The notes: generated from the letters alone by a model not told the origin. Shown: positions 38,589-49,573, counted from the stretch's first letter. The stretch: 64,000 nt of DNA from an uncultured Bacillales bacterium (GCA_902464635.1 CABQKC010000006.1:16240-80239); one strand, 5' to 3'. Translations and numbers: made by a program.

Positions 38589-39532
38589 TTATTAAAGAAA
38601 GATAATTTTATCCAATTAGATTTAGCCGTATTTGATTTAATAAGCAATTCATCTTTATTCTCTGGATCTATTTCAGGTTCAAAGACAAAGCAAGAGAATT
38701 GCTTTTCTTTTTGACCATTTAGACCTATAACCCCAACAGGTGCTGAATCTAGATATATTAAAGCACTAGGGAAAGACGAATCAATTTCTAGGGCACATCT
38801 TTTATCCTCTATTCTTACAGGATAATTAACTCCTTTAAGATAATGACCCCGTGTAGTTAAATTCTCTTTTTCTACATAGGTTTCTTTTAATAATTTTGGA
38901 TTTTTAAAATCAAAAGCCTTTCCGATTTTGTTAAATTCTTTGATGCTTAAATCATCGTTTAAAATAGATACTTCATTTGCTTCTATTTTAGCTTTTAAAT
39001 TCCTAACGTCTTCTTCTAGGAAATTAAAATATGAATGCAGGGATAAAGAAGCATATGTATCTTCTTCTGCTTCTATTTTGTATTGAATTAATATCTCTCC
39101 ATTTTCATTAACTTTATAGATAATCGTGTAGTTACAATGGTTTCCGTAGAAAGTTTCTTCTTTTTCTAAATTTAGTCTAAATTCTATTTCAAAAACATCT
39201 CCATTTACTGAACACGTATATTCAAATTCCATGAAAGAAATCGAATTATCTCCCCCATGACAAATAACTTCATTATTTAATTTATATCTTCCTGCGATTG
39301 GTCCAAGCGTCTTCCCGTAAAATCCTTTTGAATTAAGGAATAGGGATTTATCTAATGGAGAGAAAAACCATTCATGACCTTTATAAGAACATGAATAAAT
39401 TGATGCCCCGTTAGAGCAAAAACAAATCCTAAAATTATTCCCTTTATATGTGATGAAATCGGAATTAATTATCTTTTCAATACTTATAGACATCTCTAAA
39501 AATGGGTTTCTTATTTGTTCTTTTCTTCCCAT
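38585..39532 (-). CDS. Aldose 1-epimerase (mutarotase)-like protein
   Basis: 315 aa. [16 protein letters not shown] and LSLHSYFNF motifs resemble the GalM family. No signal peptide. Confidence 0.5.
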   Translation of the reverse strand: MGRKEQIRNPFLEMSISIEKIINSDFITYKGNNFRICFCSNGASIYSCSYKGHEWFFSPLDKSLFLNSKGFYGKTLGPIAGRYKLNNEVICHGGDNSISFMEFEYTCSVNGDVFEIEFRLNLEKEETFYGNHCNYTIIYKVNENGEILIQYKIEAEEDTYASLSLHSYFNFLEEDVRNLKAKIEANEVSILNDDLSIKEFNKIGKAFDFKNPKLLKETYVEKENLTTRGHYLKGVNYPVRIEDKRCALEIDSSFPSALIYLDSAPVGVIGLNGQKEKQFSCFVFEPEIDPENKDELLIKSNTAKSNWIKLSFFNN

Positions 39533-40614
39533 TCCTCATCGGCTTCAGTAGTTACTTTTTTAATAACATCATATTCTTTAGGATCGTAGGGTCTAAGATT
39601 TGGCCTGACTAAATCATGTTGCCACTTGGTAAAATCCCAATCATTGCCTTTGCCCTTATCATAGGCATTCCAAAGCCATTCCCAAGGTTCCCTAGTTTGC
39701 TGCTTACCAGTTACAAATCCCCAGTTAAAGCAACCGATATTTTCTTTCTTGAAATATGGGAATAAATCAAAGACATCGTTATGCCAAATCCTATGTAGCC
39801 ATTCTGTATTAAACATAGGCCTATCGTAGGTATCCATTAAATATTGGCTGACTTTCATGCAGTCAAAAGACTTTAAATAGCAATGATAAGAAATGACATC
39901 AGACATTTCTAGCGCCTTTATTTCAATTTCTTTATATGGCTTTAAAGTAGCTTCGTCATAACTCCAGCAGCAGGCGGTCAAAGGTTGACTTGGATTGATT
40001 TCCCTAGCAACTTTAAAAGCCTTTTCTAGATATGGGAATGACATCATGCCCCTTCTAGAATTGCCTGGTTCGTTATACATGTCCCATAAAAGAACTCTTT
40101 CATCATCTTTGTATCTAGTAATGATTTCTTTAATCATTTCATAGAATTTTTCTTCATATGGCTTTTCATCGATTAAGTTATATCCAGGAGCATCCATGAC
40201 TACATGGGGTGACTTTTTTCTTCCCCCGTGATAGCCAAAATCAAAGGATTGAGGTCCATATACTGGCCAGGAATAATTTTGTTTCTGTACAACGCAGTCA
40301 TTGCCAAAACAAATCATTATATAGATGGAATTCTTATGGGCAATTTCTAAAATCTGTTCGATATGGGACATGTATGAATCGTGTTGATCAATATATATTT
40401 CTAGTTGCATTAGAATCCTAATCGCATTAAAACCCCAGGAATGTGCCAAAGCAAGTTCTCTTTCGATGGTTTCCTTTTGGTTTTCCCATCCCCACTCCTG
40501 ATAAAATTCAATTCTATGGTTTGCAGTTGAAGGAACATAATTAAATCCCCTTATCCAAGGATATTTGCTATACCACTGCCTTGCTTTTTCTTTGCTCCAT
40601 TTTTCCATTTTCAT
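39511..40614 (-). CDS. Clan GH-A (GH5/GH113-like) glycoside hydrolase, cytoplasmic
   Basis: 367 aa. WDMYNEPGN (acid/base NEP) and FNTEW (candidate nucleophile) in a TIM-barrel layout. Confidence 0.5.
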   Translation of the reverse strand: MKMEKWSKEKARQWYSKYPWIRGFNYVPSTANHRIEFYQEWGWENQKETIERELALAHSWGFNAIRILMQLEIYIDQHDSYMSHIEQILEIAHKNSIYIMICFGNDCVVQKQNYSWPVYGPQSFDFGYHGGRKKSPHVVMDAPGYNLIDEKPYEEKFYEMIKEIITRYKDDERVLLWDMYNEPGNSRRGMMSFPYLEKAFKVAREINPSQPLTACCWSYDEATLKPYKEIEIKALEMSDVISYHCYLKSFDCMKVSQYLMDTYDRPMFNTEWLHRIWHNDVFDLFPYFKKENIGCFNWGFVTGKQQTREPWEWLWNAYDKGKGNDWDFTKWQHDLVRPNLRPYDPKEYDVIKKVTTEADEEWEEKNK

Positions 40615-40726
40615 TTCCTCTTGGTAAGATTTTCCTTATTTTGGCTTATTTTATAAAGACTAAATAGAATGAATATTTACCAAAATTATTTGGCTAAACT
40701 TTATTTTTTCCTTCTAAAAGTTTATA

Positions 40727-41797
40727 TTGAAAAATGTGATACAGGTATTAGTAGAAGAAAGATATAGGGACAACATTAGGTTTAACGACGCGTTTGAAGG
40801 TTTTAAAAGTGCGGTTCTAGCTAGAAAAGAATCCTATGTAATTTTAAAAAACAAAAAGGATTTCGATCCTAAAGAAAGAGTTTTGGTTATATTTGGGATA
40901 AGCCTTAACTGGATTGAAGAAATATTTTCTTTTTGTAATGAGAGGAATATACATCCATTGATATTTGGATTAAGGCCTAAATTCCATCTAACCCCTTTTT
41001 CATATTTATCAAAAGATTATGTAATGTCGTTTTACCTTTTAACCAATAAGATTATTTCTACTTCAAAAGAAGGGAAGAAGATCGCCTTTATCGGTTTTAA
41101 TCCTTCTTCTCCTCATGATTTATTTAAGAAAGAAGGTTTTCTTTTAGCGTGTAAGGAATCTAATGTCAGTTATGAATTCTTCGATAACGAAGGCGATTCT
41201 AGCCTTTTGATTAAGAATTTGATTTCAAAAGAAGCTGAATTCGATGACATGGTTTTCGTTAATGATGATTTGCTTCTTTTATATATCTCTAAATCCAAGA
41301 ATTCCATAAATAAAAATATGGCAGGATTTGGAGGTAGTAAACTAAAAGAATTCATACATGTCCCTTATATAACTGGTAATATTGATTATTTTGAAGCAGG
41401 TAAAGTCTTGGCTAATCTATTCTTCTTTTTATCTAAGCAAAAGGAAATATATTCTGTATCAGTTAAGATGCCACTCAAACTAACTTGTGATGTAACTTAT
41501 AACCCTCCAAAGATTTATCAAAATGAGAAAGATATTGATTTCTATCATGACAAATCGATTGAAGAAATTGACCTTGTAAATGAAACTCTCCTTAATATGG
41601 ACGAGACCGATATCAATATTGTGATTCTATTAGAAAACGGCGCTAAATACGAAACTATCGCAGATGCCTGTTATATATCGCTTAATACAGTCAAATATCG
41701 CATTGGGAAGATGCTAAAAGTATCAAAGAGAAAAAACAAAACTGAACTCCTTTCCTTGTTTGCAAAATATAAGTTAGATTTCTCTTCCAAAGTATAA
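40727..41797 (+). CDS. Regulator with a LacI-type sugar-binding (PBP1) domain fused to a C-terminal LuxR/GerE HTH
   Basis: 356 aa with a TTG start. Central KIAFIGFNPSSP...VFVNDDL resembles the LacI ligand-binding fold. C-terminal ETIADACYISLNTVKYRIGKMLKV is a LuxR-type HTH. No N-terminal LacI HTH. Confidence 0.55.
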   Translation: MKNVIQVLVEERYRDNIRFNDAFEGFKSAVLARKESYVILKNKKDFDPKERVLVIFGISLNWIEEIFSFCNERNIHPLIFGLRPKFHLTPFSYLSKDYVMSFYLLTNKIISTSKEGKKIAFIGFNPSSPHDLFKKEGFLLACKESNVSYEFFDNEGDSSLLIKNLISKEAEFDDMVFVNDDLLLLYISKSKNSINKNMAGFGGSKLKEFIHVPYITGNIDYFEAGKVLANLFFFLSKQKEIYSVSVKMPLKLTCDVTYNPPKIYQNEKDIDFYHDKSIEEIDLVNETLLNMDETDINIVILLENGAKYETIADACYISLNTVKYRIGKMLKVSKRKNKTELLSLFAKYKLDFSSKV

Positions 41798-41866
41798 AAA
41801 TTCAAATTTATTTCTTTTTCTTTTGGTCTTTCTAAGTGAAAGAAGTTTTTTAACAATTATTCATGG

Positions 41867-44800
41867 ATGGTTAAAAATATGATCAAACACTTAGAAATAA
41901 CAATTCCTACTTATGAAGTCGGTTCTAGCGAAGAGCTACCGATGTTTTTTGAAAGACGTAATTACCAAGGCGCTTCAGGAAAGATTTATCCTCTTCCTTT
42001 CACTGCCTCGATTTCTGATGAAAAGAAAGATAAGAAATATGATGCTTATGTATTGGAAAACAAATACATCAAGGCAACTCTTCTTCCTGAAATAGGAGGT
42101 AAGATTCATTCTATATTAGATAAGACAAATAATTATGACATTATTTATCATAACAAAGTAATTAAGCCTGCCATGGTTGGGCTTTGTGGTCCTTGGGTAT
42201 CTGGCGGCATTGAATTTAACTGGCCTCAGCATCATAGGCCTACTACCTTTATTCCAGTCGAAAGCAAGGAAAAGAACGAAACAGTCTATATGGGTGAATT
42301 TGATAACTTCTTTTCAATGCATGGGACTGTTGGAATATCCATCAAGGAAGATAGGAATTATGTAAAGGCCCATATTATTGTTTATAACTCCACCCCATTT
42401 AGGAGAAGATTTATGTGGTGGGCGAATACTGCCGTTGAGATTAATGATAATTACGCGGTTGATTTTCCTCCCGATGTAAGTAGCGTCAACGACCATGATA
42501 GGCGTTGTGTTCTTTCTTGGCCCATTGCAAAAGGTGTCTATAAGACTGTCCGCCCTTGGAACTTTGGAGAAGGCACCGATATTCATTTTACTAGAAACAT
42601 TAAGGCCCCTACTTCAATGATGGTTTCTAAAGATGAATGCGATTTGGATTTCGTATGTGGATATGATTATGGGAAAGAAGCTGGGGTTGCCATGGTTTCT
42701 AATCACCATATCGCCCCTGGAAAGAAACTTTGGATTTGGGGCAATTCTCCTTTTGCTTCTAAGTGGTGTGAGAATCTAACTGATGATGGCAGTGAATATT
42801 GTGAACTTATGACTGGCTGTTATACCGATAACCAACCAGATTTCACGATGATTGAGCCATATGAAAAGAAAGAATTTGACCAATATTGGTATCCAATTAA
42901 GAAAATTGGAGAGCCAAAGGCTGTAACTCTAGATGCCGCGCTTAATTTCTATAAGAAGGGAAATAAATTATTTGTAGGCGTCTGCCCATCTGGTAATTTC
43001 CTAGGTTCAAAGATAATAGTCACCTCGAACGGAAAAGAATTATTTAGCAAGAAAGTTGATTTGTTAATTGAAGATCCTTATATAGATGAATTTGATTTTG
43101 ATGGGGACATTAAATCGATTGAAGTATTTGTTAAAGATAAAAACAATAAAGAACTTGTTTCATTTAGAAATAATTTAAAAGAACACAAACCAATAAAGCC
43201 AAGGCCAATTTCCCCGCGTCCAAAAGATATAAAGACCAACGAAGAATTATATCTACATGGATATCACCTATATCAATATAACCACTTCGCCTATAAAGCA
43301 ACTGATTATCTAGAAGAAGCCTTAAGAAGAGACCCAACCGATTATAGATGCAATGAGGCTATGGGTGATATTTGTTTAGATAACGCTAGATTTGATTTGG
43401 CTAAACAATATTATTCAAAGGCCATAGAAAAAGTTTGCTTAAGAGATGCCAATCCAAAGAATGCATCTTGCTATTATGGAAGAGGCGTTGCCAATAGATA
43501 TCTAGGGTTGGATTTAGAAGCAGAAAATGATTTCTATAAAGCCGTCTGGCAATATGGGACACGTTCTTGCTCCTATTACGCTTTAGCAGGCCTAGCTTCT
43601 AAAAAAGGCGATAAAGAAGAAGCGATTAGATTATTAGAATTATCTTTAGAAACAAATGCTAAAAACCCTCTTGCTATATATATGCTAGGCCTACTAAAAG
43701 ATGATTCTAAAGTAGAAGAGAAAGTTAATGAAATAGATCCATTATTCTTTAATGGCAATGATATTAAAAGAACTTTGATAATAGTTAGGGAATTACTTAA
43801 TTTTGGAATGTTAGATCTCTCTATTGAATATTTAGAGAAATCTAATAAGAACCCACTTGTCTATTATTATTTAGCCTATGTTCATAAACTTAAAAACGAT
43901 GGAGAAGAAACTAGATATATCGATATGGCTGAAAAAGCAGATCCATATCATTGCTTCCCTAATGATGATTTCGATGTAATTGTCTTAAAATCCGCTTCAA
44001 CTCCTATGGCTAATTACTACATGGGGTGCCTATATTACCATCGTGATCAATATGAATTAGCGGCTTCCTTATTCGAAAAGGTTAATGAAAAGATTACTTA
44101 TTATCCATCATTAAGGAATCTCTCTCTTGCTTATTTTGACCATCTAAACAAGAAAGAAGAAGCTTATATCTTATTAAAGGAAGCATTCGAACTTTCTAAA
44201 AATGGAAGAGTGTTCTATGAATTAGTAATGATGGAAGCGAGCTTGAATATCCCTCTAGAAGATAGGGTAAAATTCATTGAATCCAATTTGGATGTAGCTA
44301 GTTCTAGGGATGATGTTTTAACTAAATATATTTCTTATCTAGTTGATTTAAAACAATATGAAAAAGCTATTTCCATGTTAAAGACACATAGTTTCCATAC
44401 TTATGAAGGTGGAGAAGGCAACTTAACCTCTCTTCATTCAAACCTATATTTCTTGTTAGGCAATGATGAATTTAATAAAGGTAATTACCAAAAGGCTAAA
44501 GAATATTATCTAATCGGCCTAGATTATCCATTGAATTATCATGAAACTATTACCTTGCATGCGGATAATTCTCACCTTTATTACAAATTGGCATTAGTTA
44601 GCAAAGAACTAGGTGAAACTAGTAAGATGAATGAATATCTGGAAAAAGGAATTTCTTCCTTGGCGTGTCCAAATCCAAATTTCTATTTTGCCGCTAAATG
44701 TTATGAACTTCTTAATAGAAAAGAAGAAGCAAAAGCTAAATTAGATGCTTTATATGAGACTGGTAAAGATTTGTATGAGAATAGGGATTTAGATTCTTAT

Positions 44801-44992
44801 TTTGGTGTTGGGGCTCCGACTAGGCTTCCATTTGCCTATGATATCGATAGGGTCAATACGATTAAATCTCTTGAACTAGAAATATTTGCTTTATTAGGAG
44901 AAGGGAAAACTAAAGAAGCTGAGGAAAAGAAGAAAGAACTAAGAAAACTAGACTTGTCTTCAATCGCACTTACTCTAACTTCAAACATCTAA
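41867..44992 (+). CDS. Large DUF5107-like domain protein with C-terminal tetratricopeptide repeats
   Basis: 1041 aa, cytoplasmic. N-terminal GPWVSGGIEFNWPQHH region. Multiple TPR-like helices in the C-terminal half. Domain name recalled from memory, not searched. Confidence 0.6.
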   Translation: MVKNMIKHLEITIPTYEVGSSEELPMFFERRNYQGASGKIYPLPFTASISDEKKDKKYDAYVLENKYIKATLLPEIGGKIHSILDKTNNYDIIYHNKVIKPAMVGLCGPWVSGGIEFNWPQHHRPTTFIPVESKEKNETVYMGEFDNFFSMHGTVGISIKEDRNYVKAHIIVYNSTPFRRRFMWWANTAVEINDNYAVDFPPDVSSVNDHDRRCVLSWPIAKGVYKTVRPWNFGEGTDIHFTRNIKAPTSMMVSKDECDLDFVCGYDYGKEAGVAMVSNHHIAPGKKLWIWGNSPFASKWCENLTDDGSEYCELMTGCYTDNQPDFTMIEPYEKKEFDQYWYPIKKIGEPKAVTLDAALNFYKKGNKLFVGVCPSGNFLGSKIIVTSNGKELFSKKVDLLIEDPYIDEFDFDGDIKSIEVFVKDKNNKELVSFRNNLKEHKPIKPRPISPRPKDIKTNEELYLHGYHLYQYNHFAYKATDYLEEALRRDPTDYRCNEAMGDICLDNARFDLAKQYYSKAIEKVCLRDANPKNASCYYGRGVANRYLGLDLEAENDFYKAVWQYGTRSCSYYALAGLASKKGDKEEAIRLLELSLETNAKNPLAIYMLGLLKDDSKVEEKVNEIDPLFFNGNDIKRTLIIVRELLNFGMLDLSIEYLEKSNKNPLVYYYLAYVHKLKNDGEETRYIDMAEKADPYHCFPNDDFDVIVLKSASTPMANYYMGCLYYHRDQYELAASLFEKVNEKITYYPSLRNLSLAYFDHLNKKEEAYILLKEAFELSKNGRVFYELVMMEASLNIPLEDRVKFIESNLDVASSRDDVLTKYISYLVDLKQYEKAISMLKTHSFHTYEGGEGNLTSLHSNLYFLLGNDEFNKGNYQKAKEYYLIGLDYPLNYHETITLHADNSHLYYKLALVSKELGETSKMNEYLEKGISSLACPNPNFYFAAKCYELLNRKEEAKAKLDALYETGKDLYENRDLDSYFGVGAPTRLPFAYDIDRVNTIKSLELEIFALLGEGKTKEAEEKKKELRKLDLSSIALTLTSNI

Positions 44993-44995
44993 GTA

Positions 44996-45048
44996 AAATA
45001 AAAGGCTTAACCCGTGTAGTTAATTTCTACTTGGTTAAGCCTTTTTAA
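44996..45048. terminator. Bidirectional rho-independent terminator between convergent genes
   Basis: 10-bp stem aggcttaacc/ggttaagcct with a 20-nt loop, flanked by an A-run upstream and a T-run downstream. Confidence 0.7.
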
Positions 45049-45914
45049 TATTTAATCTGGAATTTAATTCGATATTGATATGGGGTTGTATCTAGGTATT
45101 TTTTAAACATCCTTATCAATACCTGTGAATCTAATAGACCTACCGCTGTTGCTATTTCAGAAACGCTTGAATCGGTTTGGATTAATAGTTGCTGCGCTTT
45201 CTTTAGTCGTTTCTTTGCTACATATTGGCCAATAGGCATTCCTAGGCATTCCTTGAATTTCTTTTCTAGATGGAATTTAGACAAACCTACTTGTTCTGAT
45301 ATTTCATCTAGAGTCAATTTGGAATCTAGATTATCTTTTATGTATTCAGTCGCCCTTCTAACCGTTTCAGGGGCGTAAGTTATATAGTTAGACATGTTAT
45401 GCACATGCTTTCTTAACCTAAGCATCAATTCATAAATCTTTTCCGATGCTTCATATTCATCGAACTTCTTTTCATCTATTGATTTGTGTATTCCTTTTAT
45501 TGTTGGGACAAATCCAATTGAATCATTAGGAATTTTTATGATGTTTCCGGTCGTGTTATAAACATAATCAAGGAAAGATTCTAGAGCTGGGCTTTGAAGG
45601 TGGATATATATCAAAGTCATCCCATCTTTATCAGTCCACATTTCATGTTCATCCATACAGTTGATAAAGATTAGATCATCCTTTTTGAACTCATTTATCT
45701 TGTTATGGTATTTGATATAGCCATGCCCCTTAATACAATAGGTAAACATATATGAATTATGCTCGCTTCTTTTTAGGTAATGGTTTCTTCCATCTTCTTC
45801 GTAGCCTGTAAATATAATGCGGTAGAAAAGACCGCTTCTATCCCTATCGACAGAGACTCTATATAACTTGTAATTTGGCGAGAAATCGCGATTTAGTACT
45901 GCTTTCATAAACAA
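45045..45914 (-). CDS. AraC-family transcriptional regulator (cupin sensor plus AraC HTH)
   Basis: 289 aa. C-terminal dual HTH LTLDEISEQVGLSKFHLEKKFK...SVSEIATAVGLLDSQVLIRMFKKY. Divergent from the esterase/ABC/GH43 locus. Confidence 0.85.
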   Translation of the reverse strand: MFMKAVLNRDFSPNYKLYRVSVDRDRSGLFYRIIFTGYEEDGRNHYLKRSEHNSYMFTYCIKGHGYIKYHNKINEFKKDDLIFINCMDEHEMWTDKDGMTLIYIHLQSPALESFLDYVYNTTGNIIKIPNDSIGFVPTIKGIHKSIDEKKFDEYEASEKIYELMLRLRKHVHNMSNYITYAPETVRRATEYIKDNLDSKLTLDEISEQVGLSKFHLEKKFKECLGMPIGQYVAKKRLKKAQQLLIQTDSSVSEIATAVGLLDSQVLIRMFKKYLDTTPYQYRIKFQIKY

Positions 45915-46145
45915 TAATTAATAATTTGATAACTTGATATTAAACTTAAAAATAATTATAGAAAAGATAAAAAATATTAGAATTTATCCGTAAATTATTT
46001 GTTTTTCATATATTTTAATAATGAATAAGAAACCGATGCTTATAGCAAAGATTAAAAATAAAAGAATTATTCTTTTAGAGTTTGGCTTTTTGCGTTTATT
46101 AAAGAAATCTAAAATTATGTTAACAAAAAAGAAAGTGGGAATATT

Positions 46146-49100
46146 ATGAAAAAATCACTTATTCGCTTTTTGGGAATAGCTTTTCTTGGAGCTACCCTAG
46201 CCTTGCCTAATTCCAACGCTTCTTTAGCTTTTGCCGAAGGTGAAGTCGACACTGAACATAGCTATAACCTATCGTTCTATGATGATTTTAATGGCGAACT
46301 TAAAGATGGATGGTCTTATGCTAAAGGTGGATCTGCCTACACGTATGCTGATGGAGATCTAACCAAGTTTGGCTGGTTATTTAACGGTCAAGACCACATC
46401 CAATATAAAAGGCATAACAATCCTAGCGATTTTGGCAAGTTCCTTTATGGCGACTCTAATTCCAAAAATTATGTTTTTGAAGTTAAAGTCAGAGCCGATA
46501 CCAATATGACATCTAAACAATATATGGATGCCTATCCTTCTGAATTAGGAAAACATTTGACAATAAATTCAATGATTCCTTTCTTTGTTCAAAACGAACA
46601 GCCTGAATCCGCCCACCATGCTTTTAAAGGCAGAGGCATTTGCTTTACAAATTACGCAATTGGCTTTTGGGAATATGGGACCGAATCTAATGGCTGGGCC
46701 AGCACGGTTAGACTTCCTGCTGCAATGGGCGATAGTTTTACCTGGGCTGATTGGCATACGGTTAGAGTTATGGCCAACGATAACCAATGCACCCTCTTTA
46801 TTGATGGGAAATCAATTTTGACTACTGCTCAAGCTAATTTCAAAAGATCACCAAATACTAACGGGTCTTGTGGATTTGCTGCAAATATTGGCACGGGATA
46901 TGATTCATTACACTATGATGACTTCAAATTCTATGAAGCTAATCCTAATTTTAAAAAGACTGTTGTACCTACCTCTACTTTAGATTTCTTAGATGATAAG
47001 AAAGTTACTAAAGTTAATAAGCTAATGACTTATGAAAGGTTTGGAGATACAAACAAGATTTGCGACACCAAATCTAGCGCTACCGGAGCAAAATATGGCA
47101 CCCAGTTATCAACTATAAATCAAGAATATGATTCCTTTGATATGGATGTTGCCGTTAGTCTTGATAGCCAATTCGCTCTTAAAAACACCACACCGGCTGA
47201 CCATACTACCCAAAATATAAGAACTTCCAATCAAAGCGGTATAGTCGTTGGGTCTGCAACCGCGACCTTGAATAGTAATTATTTTGTTATACGTACTCAA
47301 CTAGTTCATACAATGAAAACTTATACGAATAAGTCTTATATTGGCTTTGATACGGTAAAGGCTGGTAAATACACTGCCGGGGCCAATTTTGCTACTGTAG
47401 AAGGAACCAGCCCTTATCTAAGAATAAGCCTTAAGAACAGCATGGTTACTGTTAGCGTCTTTGCTAACAAAGCCGACTATGAAGCAGGAACTGTTGCAGG
47501 AACTTCTCAATTAGATATAAGTTCAGGCGATGGGAAACACTTTGGATTAAGAGCCAATACTGGTGGAGATATTCCAAGGTATATCTCCGACTTCGAAATA
47601 TTATCATTCACTACTTCTGATAAAGGAGCGGTCGAATATCCATCCAATTCAGTCATTATTGCCAAAGAACCAGCAAGTGGACCATACACAGTTTCTATCC
47701 CAACATTAACTAACGGAGTCATTAAAGATGGCGGAACTGTATTAACTTCTGATATTTCAATGGATGCCCATTCGAGCAAGAAGCTAGACATTGTTCCTAA
47801 CGAAGGTTATTCGATTGCCAATGTTGTTGTTAATGGCAAAAACATTGGACCTGCTAAACAAGTAGTTATTGATAACATCACTAGAAACATTTCTATTGAA
47901 GTTACATTTACCTCCGAAAAAGCAATTGATGTCTATTTGATTGCTGGCCAATCTAATGCTGCCGGCCAAACTCCAATTAATGGTTTATACAATGGCTACA
48001 CTTATGGCGGAAGCGTTGATAATGAAAAAGTAAAAGAATACGAAAACGGCTATAAGAATATCTTCTATTATGGCGCTACTAAATTAAACGATCCTTCTAA
48101 GGGCAACATGGAATTCGATGTTGTTCGTGCTGGAGAAGGTACTGCTGCTGCCTATATGGGTCCTGAACTAGGATTTGGTGAATATGCTTCTCCAATACTA
48201 GAAAAATCAAATAAACAAGCTGCTATTATCAAATATGCAGTTGGTGCTACTGGATTTGCAAATTCTACTAGTGATGTCTGCAATGCCTATGGTAACTGGC
48301 TATCCACTACTTCATTAGAAGAAGAAGCCGATAACCTAGTTGCAAAATCTGGTCTTCTATATACAAATCTATTATCAATTATAGAATCTGGATTAAGAGA
48401 TTTAATCGACCGTGGATTCACTCCTGTTATTAAAGGATTCATGTGGTTTCAAGGATGTGCCGATGCTGGCAGTAAGACTATTGCATCAATGTATGCACAT
48501 CACCTTACTAATTTAATTAATGATTTAAGAAACGATATTGCTTCTATCGAAACTAAGTTAGCAATGCAACACGGCAAGGTTGAAACTGCTGTTGCTAAAA
48601 TTAATGACAACTTAATTAAAGCCGAATACGAAGATATCGTTAGGGAACAAATCCAATTGGTTTCCGAGACCGTTGATGATGTTCGTGTTATTGATACAAA
48701 GGGAATGGTAGTTCCAAATCCTGAAGATAATAACGATCCATGGCATTTCTCTAGTAAAGATATACTCGAAGTAGGACGCATGTTTGCTCAAGTATTGCTA
48801 GAAGAAAATGGATACGTCAATCCTGAAACGTTCACAGTTACCTTCGATACTGATGGAGGAAGCGAAGTTGCTCCTATCACTTTAAAGAAATGGGATTCAT
48901 TAACTCTTCCGGAAGCTCCAACTAAAGAAGGATATACATTCAGTAAATGGATAGTTGATGGAACTGATGAAGAATTAAATTACAAAGACTTCTCTATCAC
49001 TTCTAATATCACCTTAAAAGCTGTTTATGAAATGGAACCAGGATATAAAGCCTATGTTGATTTCATCAATTTAGTTAAAGAAACCCTTAAGGTTGAAGAT

Positions 49101-49520
49101 GGAACTCTAGCTAAACCAACTGCTGAGCAATGGAATGCCTTAAAAGTTGCTTATAAAGCTATTCCGACCGAAGCTAAAGAAGCTTTAAAGAGCAATGCCG
49201 CTGCTTCTAATGGAAGCGATGAACAAGTTGCCTTATATCTATATGATGAAGTATTAAAGAAATATGGAACTGAAGAATTTGAAAACTTCATGGATAGAGA
49301 AGTTAAAATTGATCCAATTCCAGATACCTCTTCTTCCTCTTCTACTGAAATAACTTCTAGTTCCACCTCGTCTAGTGTTGAAGAAGCCCCAACCACTTCT
49401 GAAACTAGTACTTCTAGCAAGGGTGGATGCGGAGGAGCTATTGTCTCTAGCTTAATTGGCGGAGTTGCTCTTCTTGGTGCTGCCGTTGTTATTGCTGCTA
49501 CTAGAAAAAGAAAAGAATAA
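46146..49520 (+). CDS. Multidomain membrane-anchored carbohydrate esterase (SGNH/sialate-O-acetylesterase-like) with an N-terminal lectin-like domain
   Basis: 1124 aa. Signal peptide. DVYLIAGQSNAAGQ motif (GQSN-type SGNH esterase). Ser/Thr-rich linker, then a C-terminal GG-rich TM helix ending RKRKE. Confidence 0.75.
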   Translation: MKKSLIRFLGIAFLGATLALPNSNASLAFAEGEVDTEHSYNLSFYDDFNGELKDGWSYAKGGSAYTYADGDLTKFGWLFNGQDHIQYKRHNNPSDFGKFLYGDSNSKNYVFEVKVRADTNMTSKQYMDAYPSELGKHLTINSMIPFFVQNEQPESAHHAFKGRGICFTNYAIGFWEYGTESNGWASTVRLPAAMGDSFTWADWHTVRVMANDNQCTLFIDGKSILTTAQANFKRSPNTNGSCGFAANIGTGYDSLHYDDFKFYEANPNFKKTVVPTSTLDFLDDKKVTKVNKLMTYERFGDTNKICDTKSSATGAKYGTQLSTINQEYDSFDMDVAVSLDSQFALKNTTPADHTTQNIRTSNQSGIVVGSATATLNSNYFVIRTQLVHTMKTYTNKSYIGFDTVKAGKYTAGANFATVEGTSPYLRISLKNSMVTVSVFANKADYEAGTVAGTSQLDISSGDGKHFGLRANTGGDIPRYISDFEILSFTTSDKGAVEYPSNSVIIAKEPASGPYTVSIPTLTNGVIKDGGTVLTSDISMDAHSSKKLDIVPNEGYSIANVVVNGKNIGPAKQVVIDNITRNISIEVTFTSEKAIDVYLIAGQSNAAGQTPINGLYNGYTYGGSVDNEKVKEYENGYKNIFYYGATKLNDPSKGNMEFDVVRAGEGTAAAYMGPELGFGEYASPILEKSNKQAAIIKYAVGATGFANSTSDVCNAYGNWLSTTSLEEEADNLVAKSGLLYTNLLSIIESGLRDLIDRGFTPVIKGFMWFQGCADAGSKTIASMYAHHLTNLINDLRNDIASIETKLAMQHGKVETAVAKINDNLIKAEYEDIVREQIQLVSETVDDVRVIDTKGMVVPNPEDNNDPWHFSSKDILEVGRMFAQVLLEENGYVNPETFTVTFDTDGGSEVAPITLKKWDSLTLPEAPTKEGYTFSKWIVDGTDEELNYKDFSITSNITLKAVYEMEPGYKAYVDFINLVKETLKVEDGTLAKPTAEQWNALKVAYKAIPTEAKEALKSNAAASNGSDEQVALYLYDEVLKKYGTEEFENFMDREVKIDPIPDTSSSSSTEITSSSTSSSVEEAPTTSETSTSSKGGCGGAIVSSLIGGVALLGAAVVIAATRKRKE

Positions 49521-49544
49521 TAAATAACTATTATTTGATTAACT

Positions 49545-49573
49545 AGCCTTGCCTAAACCGCAAGGCTTTTTTA
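49545..49573 (+). terminator. Rho-independent terminator
   Basis: agccttgc / gcaaggct stem, loop ctaaacc, then tttttt. Confidence 0.7.

Noticed and set aside
46021-46149. 42-aa Lys-rich uORF (MNKKPMLIAKIKNKRIILLEFGFLRLLKKSKIMLTKKKVGIL) ending in an ATGA overlap with the esterase gene
   Set aside because: No SD. Its composition is what AT-rich intergenic DNA yields by chance, and the overlap may be coincidental. It is only worth revisiting if conserved in relatives.
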